Source of the DNA: Raja brachyura
Lineage: Eukaryota
Reading direction: 5' to 3'
Assembly (NCBI GenBank): GCA_963514005.1
Contig: OY740805.1
Location: 28,954,001 to 29,018,000, forward strand
Length of the DNA stretch: 64,000 nt
In this document: positions 1 through 12,130 of the stretch, piece by piece
How the letters are laid out: each line of letters opens with the position of its first letter
Position numbering within the stretch: the first letter of the stretch is position 1
Notes under the pieces: model-generated
Database searches by the model: none
The model's input: only the letters and a program-made list of their open reading frames with translations
Told to the model about the DNA's origin: nothing
Translations under genes and position numbers: made by a program

Positions 1-211
1 CACTCACAGGTCAGTATACTTTCAGTGTGTTCAGTTGATTCACAGCTCAGACAGAGTTGTGACCTCTCTCTCTCCGCCATCATGCAGAGACTGAGCCACA
101 TCCACACGTCTGGGTTTAATAATCCATCCTCCCACCAGAAAAGGTGTGGCCTTCATGGCGTGATTCACACGAGAGAGAGTCACAACATGTTTTAAACACT
201 AATAACACTTG

Positions 212-850
212 TGTGAGATATAGTTTGTGCTCACAATCACTGCTCAGAGACTAAATAATCGAAACAAGAAATGCTTTTTTATTTGCGAATCTGCAGAATT
301 CGGGTGCCTCTCCCAATTGAGACACACCAAAGTCAGAAAAGTAAAGCCCCTTTATACACACAATTCTGCTGGCAGAACCTCCCCTTCTGGCTCTTCCCAA
401 TCAGAGCACTGAGGTGCACAGTCTATGGGTACATCCCCCAGTACCTCCCACATCATACATAGCATGTTCATGATAATGAGCAATTTCTCGACTAGGGGCG
501 TATAAGTAATATTCATTTATATCATTAAGCATGCCCAGTTGCAATTGACCTGGCCTAGTTTTCTCACCTCCAACTGACCTATCTCAGTTTTTTTTATATC
601 TGAACTAAAGCTAGTCTCTACTGACAAGGGTCCCTTTCATCCCTAGTCCCTACTGACAAGGGTCCCATCTATCACCTCCCTTCTACGCTATACTATGCCA
701 TCCATCCTCACCCAAGGACAGTTGTGATAAACCCACTCCCATCTATGTCAACATCTTCTCCCTGCCTCTATCGGCTAGAATCCTGTTTACAAGTTAAAAT
801 CCTCTCCTGAATCCTTACAATAGTGGTGTTTAATCACTTTATCCCTCACA
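212..850 (-). mobile_element. Solo LTR (ERV/LTR retrotransposon) inserted in an older repeat
   Basis: Ends TGTGAG...CTCACA; 4-bp direct repeat CTTG at 208-211 and 851-854. On the minus strand a TATA-like TATAAAG (~350-356) precedes AATAAA (~278-283). Internal ~24-bp direct repeat at 611-666. Confidence 0.7.
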
Positions 851-991
851 CTTGTATTATTCATTGATAGGAATAATCCTTTGCACCTGATGAGCGGAGG
901 GGGACTGAGTAAGGTGGCCAAAAATCACAACCGTAAGTGATAGCGTTTTATCTAAAATCAATATAGTGCAAACAGGAAGTTGTCAAGTTTA

Positions 992-1497
992 GCCAAACAG
1001 CCATTTGCAGTGCATTTCAACTTCACCCCCCCCCCCCACAGCCTTTTGCAGTGCATTTCCACTACAATCCAACCCTCCCAAACCGCCATTTGCAGTGCAT
1101 TTCCACTTCAACCAACCCCCCCCAAACAGCCATTTACAGTGCATTTCCGCATCAACCCAACCCCCCCCCCCCAAACAGCCATTTGCAGTGCATTTCCACT
1201 TCAACCCAAGCCCCCCAAACAGCCATTTGCAGTGCATTTCCACTTCAACCCACCCTCACCCCCCCCCCCAAACAGCCATTTGCAGTGCATTTCTACTTCA
1301 ACCCAAAACCCCACCCAAACAGCCATTTGCTGTGCATTTCTAATTCAACCCAAAACCCCACCGAAACAGCCATTTGCAGTGCATTTCTACTTCAACCCAA
1401 AACCCCACCGAAACAGCCATTTGCAGTGCATTTCTACCTCAACCCTAAACCCCACCCAAACAGTCATTTGCTGCGCATTTTTACATCAAACCAACCA
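992..1497. repeat. Minisatellite, ~40-bp unit (AAACAGCCATTTGCAGTGCATTTCCACTTCAACC + C-rich spacer), about a dozen copies
   Basis: Unit visible directly; explains the repetitive ORFs at 980-1542. Confidence 0.9.
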
Positions 1498-2329
1498 TAT
1501 TTTCATTTAAAAACCATATTAAGGGCACTCACAGTCGAGTAGACATGTGTTTAGTGTTATTCAGAGAGACGTGGCTTCCTCCATCTTGCAGAGGCTGAGG
1601 TGCACCACTTCCGGGTTTTATAGTCCCTGCCCCCTCCCACCTGCAGGGGCAGCGGAGAGAATGGCAAAACATAAAAAAAAACATTAATATCTCTCTGATT
1701 TTTCATCGATGGGAAAAATCCACCGGTCCAGGAAGGGGGAGGGGGGCTCTGAGCGAGGTGGCCAGAAATGTCGGCCGTAGGTGGGGGCGTTCTCTCGGAA
1801 ATCACACCACAGCGAGCCAAAAGCGGTCAGGATCAGACTTTTTGTGATATATTTTAGTGATATATATACACATCACTAAAAGTCTGATCTTTATCACATA
1901 GACGGAACCAAATTGATCCTCCGTCTGTTCGTTGCAAGACACTGAGTCTAAAGAAGGGTCTCAACCCGAAACATCACCCATTCCCTCTCTCCAGAGATGC
2001 TGCCTGTCCCGCTTGGTGACTCCAGCATGTTTGTGTCTGTCTTTGGGGTTCCTTGGAGACTAGACGCGGTATCAGACAACAGAACCATCCCGCCACCACC
2101 AGAGAGCAGTGCAGAACTACTATCCACCACATTGTTGTCCCTTGGACTACCCTGGAACGTACTTTGCTGGCTTAACTTAATTAACTAAACGTTATTCCCT
2201 TAAGATGTATCTGTAAGCTGTAAATGGATCGATTGTAATCAAGTATTGTCTTTCCGCTGGGTTACACAAAAACCTTTAACAAATTGTCTTTCCGCTGACT
2301 GGATAGCCCACAAAGCTTCAGAGTGATAG

Positions 2330-2790
2330 TGTGGAAACAGGCTCGTCAGCCCCACTTGCCCACACATGTGGGTCAACATGTCCCAGCAACACCAGTTCCA
2401 CCTGCCAGCGTTTGGTCCATATACCTTCAAACCTGTCCTATCCATGTACCTGTCTAACTGTTTCTTAAATGTTAGGATCGTCCCTGCCACAACTACCTCC
2501 TCTGGCAGCCTGTTCCATACACCCACCACTGTGTGTGATGTTACCCCTCACATTCGTATTAAATATTTTACCCTTCACCTTAAACCTATATGCTCTGGTC
2601 CTCGATTCACCTACTCTGGGGAAGAGTCTCTGTGTGTCTACTCGATCTATTCCTCTCAGGATTATATACACCTCAATAAGCTCACCCTTCATTCTCCTGC
2701 GCTCTAAGGAATAGAGTCCCAGCCTACAGCTCAGACCATCTAGTCCTAGCGGCATCGTTGTAAATCTTCTCTGCACCCTTTCCAGCTGGG
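2330..2790 (-). mobile_element. CR1-like LINE 3' fragment
   Basis: Minus ORF 2465-2776 (LGLYSLERRRMKGELIEVYIILRG) resembles the CR1 ORF2 C-terminus. Boundaries approximate. Confidence 0.75.
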
Positions 2791-2844
2791 CATCAAATGC
2801 TTTTCACAGAACCTGGGTCGACATGACAATAAAGTAACTGAAGA

Positions 2845-2995
2845 TAGACACAAAAAAAAGATGAAGTAACTCAGCGGGACAGGCAGCATCTCCTCAGTCT
2901 GAAGAAGGGTCTCGACCCGAAACATCACCCATTCCTCCTCTCCAGAGATGCTGCCTGTCCAACTGAGTTATTCCAGCATTTTGTGTCTATCTTAG
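2845..2995 (+). repeat. Penelope-like short repeat with hammerhead-like core (representative of many copies in the window)
   Basis: CTGAAGA-A-GGGT-CTCG-ACCC-GAAACATC-ACCC at 2899-2930, flanked by inverted arms (actcagcgggacaggcagcatctc / gagatgctgcctgtcc..ctgagt). Confidence 0.55.
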
Positions 2996-5376
2996 ATAAA
3001 TATACCATATCATTTCATTCACACCTTCTGTCTTTTCATGTCTGACTTCTGTTCAACCATTTACCCATCAAAACAGCTCTACACCCTGTATTCACCTATT
3101 ACCTGCCACACTTGGTTTAACTTTAGTTTACTTTAAAGCATGGAAACAGGCAAAGGAATGCGCACCTTCGGTCGCTTTCAACTTGGTGCTTGGGTTCAGA
3201 TTGCCCAGTCACCTATGGCGTGTGTAGGAAAATGAACCCCACGTTCCCATCTCCCCCTTGGAGACAGCGGCTGATTGAACGGGAGGAGACCGATTTGTTG
3301 ATTGGACCGGAATTTTAAGGGAAGTTGGTCGGTGTTTCGTCACAATGCCTCTCGGAAATTGTGTCTGATTGGCCGCCGAGTAACCAGCGCATTATGTGAT
3401 TTGACACAATGCCCTTGGAGACAGCGGCTGATTGGACTTGAGGAGACCGATTTGTTGATTGGAATGGAATTTTAAGGGAAGCTGGTCGGTGATTGGACGC
3501 AACCCCCTTGAAGACAGCAGTTGATTGGCCGCCAAATAATCGGGCACAAAAAATTAACAAATAGGAAACAAACATCAAGAATCTAACCCCATTAATTCAC
3601 TCAATGTGTATTATGATGTGTGCTACAGTATGAAGTGTACAGAAAAAACTGCACTTCCAGAGTGGTCTATCGTGTTGTTTCTTCAACGGACCACAAATTT
3701 ATTTTAAGAGCAAAAATAAAGTGCTGGAGAACTCAGCAGGTCAGGCTGGATCTATGGAGGGTCCGATGAAGGGTCTCGACCCAAAATGTCACATATTCCT
3801 TCTCTCCAGAGATGCTGCCTGACCCACTGAGTTAGTCCAGCATTTTGTGGAGGGTATGTCTAAGCGACATTTAGGGTCGGGTCCCTTCTTCAGGCATTTT
3901 TTAAGGGTTTGGGAAAGATCGAAAATTTCACGTATTTAAATATGTTGTTCCGAATATAACTAGTAGTGTAGGAGAATTTTCCATGAGCCATAATTGCCAT
4001 ATACATACCCAAAAGTAGAAATATAGGAAGTTACAAAAAAAAAGATATTACGAGCTTTGTAGTCTCCTTGTACCAATAAAATGCTGAATTCAAAATTATA
4101 TATATTTGAAAATGGGCAAAGCAAACAGTAGCATGTTTTCTACAAAGGCTTATCCTAAAATAATTGATCGGAAGGCTGTGATTTTCAGTCGAGATGTCTG
4201 TATCTTTCAGTCAGTGAGCTCGCGGTCTGGAGCCCTGCTCTGTAGCCCCTCTACATACAAATAACGTGTCAATGCATCTTCAAAGTCCACTGATCCACCC
4301 GTAGCTTCAGTTACAGGTACAGCTGAAGGGATTTGGCGCTCGGGCAATGCTATGAATTTATATGCATTTTAAAAATCCGATACCTTTAAATCGTTCAAAA
4401 GCTAGAACCACAACGAGATAAATAACACTAAATAAAACTGAAGTAAAGGCAAACAGAAGAACTAACTTTGAAGGAGAGAGAGAAAACAACATACATAATC
4501 TTACTTTTAAAAAATTAATATAACATCCCTAAATGACGGGTACAAATGACTAAATAACGGGTGAAATGCTGCCTCACCCGTTGAGTTTTTCCAGCATTTT
4601 TGTCAACCTTCGATTGTTCCAGCATTTGCAGTTCCTTCTTAAAATAACGTGGGTGAATGACTGCATCTGCACACCAGGAAGAAGCCCGTGCCCGTGTGCC
4701 GGAGCTATTCAAGTTTTAAGAAATTCTGTCGTGAATTTTATTCAAAGGAATGCGGAGTCATTAATACTGGGTCAAAACACAATTATATTGACTGAGGAAT
4801 GCAGATCGATGTATTGGTGACACAATGTCCCCCTGGCTGTTAACAAGTGCGAACAGAGGCAGTTAACAAATCGTTTTCGTCTCAATTGAATCAAGTGATA
4901 AACGACTCAAATCTTTCTGCAGTACTCAGTAAACCCGAGCTGGAAACTGAAAAATAGGGGAACGCCGTCCCCCTGCGTACCCCCCAATTCGATCACTGGC
5001 GCCGGTGACAGTATTGAGAGTTAACCGCGGGGCTGTGTTGTTGTCGATGAGGAATTTCACTTACTGAGGTCGCTGCTGAGTGGATAGAGTGCGTTGCCCA
5101 CTACCCCAGCGCGCCCCCCCCCCCCCCTTAGGCGCGGGGTCCAATTGGGAGCAATTGGTCTAATTGGCTTAAGGCCGGTCCTGCTTAGAACAGAAGGATG
5201 TGGAGGCCAAGTCAATGGATATTTGCAAGGCATAGACATATTATTGATTAGTGCGGGTTAAGTGGAGAAGGCAGGAGAATGGGTATAGGATGGAGAGATA
5301 TATCAACCATCATTGAATGGCAGAGTGGACTAGATGAGTCGAGTGACATAATTCTGCTCCTATAACTTATGACCTT

Positions 5377-5625
5377 AGGCCCACCTAGTCCGCGCCGACC
5401 AGTGATCCCCGCACACTAACACTATCCTACACATACTAGAGACAATATTCTCTTTTTAACCAATGCCAATTAACGTAATTGGAATGTGGGAGGAAACCGG
5501 AGCTCCCGGAGAGAACCCACGCAGGTCACAGGGAGAACCCACAAACTCTGTACACAGCACCCGCAATCAGGATCGAACCTGGGGCTCTGGTGCTGTAAGG
5601 CAGCACCTCTACCGCTGCGCCACTT
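5377..5625 (-). mobile_element. tRNA-derived SINE (HE1/V-SINE-like)
   Basis: Reverse complement of the SINE at 6085; A box (TGGCGCAGCGG) and B box (GGTTCGATCC) read on the minus strand. Confidence 0.7.
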
Positions 5626-6084
5626 TGCGACCCTGTTCCTTCTCTCTCTCACCTTTCATCTCATTTCTCTGCAATTAATTTGAGGAAGGATCCCTTCGCG
5701 AAAATATGCATCTTCTCTATAGATGGTGCATGAGCCACTGAGTAACTCCAGTACTTTGTGCCTTTTTTTGTAAACCAGCTTCACATGACAGGCACTGGTC
5801 ATTCTGAATGCATGCGAGGAGTACAATTTCTTCCACGGGAATAATACATGGAGCGCCACAAGGCGGCAGTGCGGTGGTGTTATACGGCAGTAACTAGAAA
5901 AGTGAGCCTGCTCCTAGTTCCAGAAGTAGGTTCGATTCGCATCACGGCCGCCTACTTCTGTTAAGCCCCCAGTCTTTTTTTTTAATTTCAAAATTAAAAT
6001 GTATGGGTGATCGGAAAAAAATATTAAAAATAAAAAGCGTGGACATTTTTTTGTGTCTATATATTCAATATTGGTAATGGAAAG

Positions 6085-6372
6085 CACGGTGGGGCAGCGG
6101 TAGAGTTGCTGCCTTACAGCGTCAGAGACCTAGGTTCGATCCTGACCACGGGTGCTGTCTGTACGGAGTTTGCACATTCTCCCCATGACCTGCATGGGTT
6201 TTCTTCCACACTCTGGTTTCCTCCCACACTCCAAAGGCTTGTAGTCTAATTAGGTTGGTAAAATTGTAAATTGACCCTAGTGCGTGTAGGATAGTGTTAT
6301 GCGGGGATCACTGGTCAGTGCGGACTCTGTGGGCCGAATGGCCTGTTTTCGCTCTCCAGTTCTAAACTAGAC
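6085..6372 (+). mobile_element. tRNA-derived SINE (HE1/V-SINE-like)
   Basis: Head gcacggtggggcagcggtagag, B box ggttcgatcc, core ggtttcctcccacactccaaa, tail tctaaactaga. Many further copies in the window. Confidence 0.75.
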
Positions 6373-6534
6373 TGGTGTTACAATAGAAATGTTATCGCTT
6401 TTCTTCACCTTTCTGTTTGCTTGCCGTTCTCAGAAAGACCAGAAGGTGGAGCAGCAGCCAGCGGAGCAGTAGCTCCAGAACATGGAACTAGAGAGAGCAG
6501 ATCGAAGGTGGGCCGACGGGCCTGTTTACCAGAT

Positions 6535-7720
6535 GGGGTTTACGAGAATGTTCCATGGGTTGACTGGGTTAATCTACAATGAGCATCTGTTGGCTATGGG
6601 ACTTGACTCGCTCGAGTTCCGAACGATGAAGGGGATCTAATTGATACTTTCCGAACAGTGAAAGGCTTGAATATCGTGGATGTGGAGAGGATGTTTCCAG
6701 TAGTGGAAGAGGCTTGGACCAGAGGGAACAGCCTCAGACTAAAATGATGTATCTTTAGAAATGAGACGAAGGGGAATTTATTTAGCCAGAGGGCGGTGAG
6801 TCGGTGGAATTTATTGTGACAGATGAATCTGGAGGGCGTCTTTGGGTATTTTTACAGCAGATATTCATAGGGTCTTGAATAGTAAGGGTATCAATGGTTA
6901 CGGGGAGAAGGCAGGAGGGTTGAGAAGGAAAGATAGATTAGCCTTGATTGAATGAAGGAGCAGACTGTAATGCTGAGGCTCTATAAGGCACTGGTCAGGC
7001 CACATTTGGGGTGTGGTGAGCAATTTTGGGCAGCATATCTGAGGAAGGATGTACTGGCCCTGGAGAGGGTCCAGAAGAGGTTTACAAGAATGATCCCAGG
7101 AATGAGTGGGTTAACCTATGATGAGTGTTTGATGACACGGGGCCTGCACTTGCTGGAGTTCAGAAGAATTAGGTGTAAATAATAGGAGTAAAGAGGTCCT
7201 TCTGCCATTGTGCGGGGCCTTGTTGAGACCATATCTGGAGTATTGTGTGCAGTTTTAGTCTTCTGATTTGATCCCCGCGATGGCGGGACTGTGAAATGAA
7301 GAAAGATCGGAAAGATTGGGCTTGTATTCACTAGTATTTAGAAGGATGAGTGGGTATCATAGAAACATATGCATTTATAAAAGGACTGGACAAGCTAGAT
7401 GCAGGAAAAATGTTCCCAATGTTGGGGGAGTCCAGAACCAGGGGTCACAGTCTAAGAATAAAGTGGAGGCCATTTAAAACTGAGATGAGAAAAACCGTTT
7501 TCACCCAGAGAGTTGTGAATTTGTGGAATTCTCTGCCACATAAGGCAGTGGAGGCCAATTCACTGGATGAATTTAAAAGATAGTTTGATAGATCTCTAGG
7601 GGCTAACGGAATCAAGGGTTATGGGGTTACTGATTGTGGATGATCAGCCATGATCTCAATGAATGGCGGTGCTGGCTCGAACGGCAAAATGGCCTCCTGC
7701 ACGTATTTTCTATGTTTCTA
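6535..7720 (+). mobile_element. Cluster of decayed CR1-like LINE 3' fragments
   Basis: ORF pieces LYKALVRPHL...LERVQKRFTRMIPG and RTRGHSLRI...FTQRVVNLWNSLP; ends in a tttctatgtttctatg tail. Confidence 0.8.
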
Positions 7721-10700
7721 TGGTCACGGAGAATGTACACACTCTGTACAGACAGCACCATAGTCACGTTCGAAAACAGATCTCTGGTGCTGTAAGGCAG
7801 CAACTCCACTGCTGCGCCCCTGTTACACCCTGACATTGTGCTATCCTTCAAATATTTCATGATGCTGCTATCTCAACACAATCTTGCTGAATCTGGTCCT
7901 GACTGTTCTTGATGGCAGCTGATTTCACACCTTGATTATATATAAATTTAACAGTTTTCCATTTCTGCTTTTTATTTATTTTTTCACCGATACAACCGTG
8001 AGGTCATTTAAAACAAAAACAGCCAAAATAAAAGCATGAAAAGGGTATTCAATCCCTTGTTCCTGCTCCACTGCACAATAAGATCTTGACTGATGTTTCA
8101 CTTCACCTCCACAATGGCAAACTCTTGTTTCACTTTTTAGACCATTTCTCCAAATAAATATAAACTTTCTTTGTGAAAGTAGCAATATGGATGCTTCGGT
8201 TTTCGTGGAAAATTAAACGAGAATCGTGAACTCCAAATAAGAACAAAATCTTCACAACCACAAAGCGACACAATGAATTCCACTCATTTAGTTGCTTGAA
8301 AACAGCATCTATGATGCATGATGGACAGTCTGAGGAACGGAAATGTCACCTAACCATGTTCTCCGGAAGTGCCGTCTCATTGGCTGAGTTACTCCAGCAC
8401 TTTGTGTCCTTTTTTGGACGGAAATAATATTACCCTTCTGCAAAATGTCTCTCTGCATTGGCAGTGCCTCATCTGCTGTACATTTCCTACAGCTCTGATG
8501 GTATTCGCAGCTATTACATGTCCCCTTAGGTTTTTTTCCCACTCTCTCCAACAATTCTCATGAACCTATCAAGCACTGGTTTAAGCTGAAGGTCATACCC
8601 ACAAAATATCCTGGCATCACTGTACCATAGATATTTCCTTTGTCCTATTCATCCCACCCCCTCACCCTCTTTGAAATTTAAAACAAACTTTCTTTCTCAA
8701 GAAGGAATTTCACCTGCAACCTGTTTCTCTTTCCACAGATGCTGCCTGACCCACTGAGGGTTTCTGTATTTCCTGTATTCAACTATTATTTTACTGGATT
8801 ATAAATGGATTCAGGTGGAAGTTGAAGATTGTCAATGACAGTATTTCAAAGAACATCATTGGATTCCTTTCGGATCGAGAATTATTATTCAACCTGCAGC
8901 ACTCAAAATAAATTGCCTGTTTTCTCTTTACTGTGTTTGTGACCTTGCTATCTGCTAATTCACTGCTGCGTTTCGCATGTTTCAGGGATGACATGCTCCT
9001 AAGTAGTTTTCATAGATAGATTTGTAGAGAACGTCTCCTCTTGTAGGGGAGCTATGGTTCATGCTTTTAAAGTAAGGGGTCATCCACTTTAGACAAGAGC
9101 AGGCGATTTTCTTTTAAGATAGACATAAAAAGCTGGACAGTAACTAAGCGGAACAGGTAGCAGCTCTGGAGAGATGGAATGGGCGACGCTTCGGGTCGAG
9201 ACCCTTCTTCAGAGGTCTTTGACCATTTGTTCTCCAGACTGGAGAGCTTGTGATTATTTTTAAGACGGAGACAGATAGATTCTTGGTAAATTGGTGTAGG
9301 GGAAAGAGGTTGTTGGAGTTGAGTTGAGTTGAGTAGGAGTTGAGGTAGGAGTTGAGGTTAGTCAGATCACCAGCAGAGCCGGTTCAGGGCCTGGTGTCGT
9401 GGAGAGGGACGAAAGCTGGATTTGTTTCTAATAGATGCATTTACCTGTTCGACCACATGTCAGGGCCTTGTTTGTACAGCATAATGAGTACCTATTGATT
9501 TGCCTTTTGATTGAATTCACTGACTGAACATCCACAGGGCTCCGACATAGAAGGATTCCAACATCTCAGCAGATAAATCTTTCTTTATCTCAATCCATGA
9601 TTCTGAAACAGTGACTCCTGGTTCCAGATTCATCTGTGCATCTACATTGCCGAGCACTATAAGAATTTTGTAAATTTAAATGAGATCACCCCTCATTCTA
9701 TTAAATTCTAAATAACATTGACCTATTCTGCTCAACCTTGCCTTATACTGAACCAGTCTACCAAATCTTCTCTGCAGTCTATGGATCCAGGCGGTATCCC
9801 ACTCGCTGCAGTTTGCCAATCTGAGAAAGATCAGTTTGTTTTTCTAACTTTCTGCTTTTTATCCATTAACCAATTGTCTGCCCATAGAACCTTCAATTCC
9901 TTGTGTGCTCAACTTGTTGACCAGTTATCTGTACGGGGCCTTGTTCAAAGCCTTCTGTAAACCATATAAGCCGCATTCATTAGTTCCCCATTATCTGTTG
10001 TGCCAGTCACATTCTCAATAGGTTAGTCAAGTGTAATTTTCCATTTGTATATGTGTTTACTTTGCTGAAGCATATTCCATGATGTCCTGATATATCTTTA
10101 CACATTCTTGCAATTTTTCAGATATTAGCATCAAGTTAACAGTTGGTTGGTTTCTCCCTCCATTCTTAAATAATGGATTCACAATCAGCAGGATTCCATT
10201 CGCAGAAAATCTCAATCTATAAAATTTAGAAGAGCAGTAAGTGGAGCATCCGCTATTGATAGGTCACCTATTTTAAAACTATGTGGTTTAGATCCTTAGA
10301 ATTTATTGGTGATCAGGCTCGTCAAAAAGAATGGGCCTTTAGGAAGAGATGAGAAAGAATTTCTTTAGTCAGAGGATGATGAATCTGTGTAATTCAGTGC
10401 CACAGAAGACATAGAGGCCACGTCAGTGCATATGTTTAAGCTGGAGATTGATAGGTTGATTAGTATGGGTGTCGGGTTATCCGCCACGATTGAATGGCAG
10501 AGTAGACCCGATGGGCCGAATGGCCTAATGGCCTAATTATGCTCCTATGTCTTATGAACACACCTTCCGTATATGTTTTTATGAATACAATATCCTCCTT
10601 TCTCACTTGACATGGTTCTTTAGTATTTCTACCATGCCTATTTCCTCGATAGGATTCGCAATGTATTTGCTTTATTTCACTCAATAAATTCTCCCTTCGG

Positions 10701-11157
10701 TCTGTTTGAGGGGACCCTATCTACCTTGACCTTTCTTTACACAAGAGTAGAAGACGGAAGATCAGAGAGAGGCATTGTGATGCATGTTTGTCACTTCTTT
10801 CTGTAAGTGAGTTTCGTTGATTGTCTCGTGTACTGGGGTACAATGAAAAGCTATTTTGCGTGCCAACCAGCCAGCAAAAAGACCACATGAAGATAATCAA
10901 GCCATCCACAGTATACAGATACATGATATAAAGGGGATAACATTTAGTGCAACATAAAGTCTGATTAAAGATAGTCCATGGGTCTCCAATTATGTAGATG
11001 GTAGCTGAGGATCGCCTGTTGATAGGATAGTTCGGTTGCCTGATAACATTTCTTTAATCCATGGTTAACAATGCAGATGCCTAAAACTTCAATGGTTTTT
11101 ACAATGTTCCATTATTTTTTTTTAATATATATATTTTTAATTGTATTGTTATTCAGT

Positions 11158-12130
11158 TACCATATATATTAATGATTTGGAAAAGGGAATTAGGAGCAAC
11201 ACTAGGAGGTTTGCGGATGACACAACGCTGGGTGGCAGTGTGAACTGTGAAGAGGATGTTAGGAGGTTGCAGGGGGACCTGGACAGGTAGAGCGAGTGGG
11301 CAGATGCGTGACAGATGCAATATAATATAGATAAATGTGAGGTTATCCACTTTGGCGGCAAAAACAAGGGGGCAGATTATTATCTCAATGGGGTTAGGTT
11401 AGGTAAGGGGGAGGTACAGCGAGACTTGGGTGTCCTTGTACACTGGTCACTGAAAGTTAGCATGCAGGTATAGCAGGCAGTGAAGAAAGCTAATGGAATA
11501 TTGGCTTTCATAACAAGAGGATTTCAGTATAGGAGTAAAAAGGTTCTTCTGCAGTTGTATAGGGCTCTGGTGATACCACATCTGGAGTATTTTGTACAGT
11601 TTTGGTCTCCTAATTTGAGGAAGGACATCCTTGTGATTGAGGCAGTGCAGCGTAGGTTCATGAGATTGATCTCTGGGATGGCGGGAGTGTCATATGAGGA
11701 AAGATTGTAAGGACTAGGCTTGTATTCACAGTAGTTTAGAAGGATGAGGGGGGATCTTATAGAAACATGTACAATTATAAAAAGACTGGACAAGCTAGAT
11801 GCAGGAAAACTGTTCCCAATGTTGGGTGAGTCCAGAACCAGGGGCCACAGTCTTAGAATAAAGGGGAGGTCATTTAAATGTTTTTCACCCAGAGAGTTGT
11901 GAATTTATGGAATTCCCTGCCACAGAGGGCAGTGGAGGCCAAATCACTGGAAGGATTTAAGAGAGAGTTGGATAGAGCTCTAGGGGCTAGTGGAGTCAGG
12001 GGATATGGGGAGAAGGCAGGCACGGGTTATTGATAGCAAATGATCAGCCATGATCACAATGACTGGCGGAGCTGCCTCGAAGGGCCGAATGGCCTCCTCC
12101 TGCACCTATTTTCTATGTTTCTATATTTCT
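11158..12130 (+). mobile_element. 5'-truncated CR1-like LINE (RT C-terminus to 3' tail), disrupted
   Basis: Translates IYINDL...FADDT...VKKANGILAFI...LYRALVIPHLEY with stops; (TTTCTATG)n tail at ~12109-12133. Confidence 0.85.

Noticed and set aside
992-1497. CRISPR-like repeat-spacer appearance
   Set aside because: Spacers are short C-rich runs rather than unique sequences; eukaryotic context; no cas genes.
980-1542. Long overlapping ORFs (up to 176 aa)
   Set aside because: Translations of a stop-poor minisatellite, open in several frames on both strands.
5057-5185. Minus-strand GTAAGT donor after GNALYPLSSDL
   Set aside because: Directly abuts what looks like a hAT-type MITE end (caggaccggccttaagccaatt...); no acceptor found.
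5863-5960. tRNA-like sequence with GGTTCGATTC and a 10-bp hairpin (CAGAAGTAGG/CCTACTTCTG)
   Set aside because: I could not form D and anticodon arms; likely a decayed tRNA-derived or transposon fragment. tRNAscan-SE would settle it.
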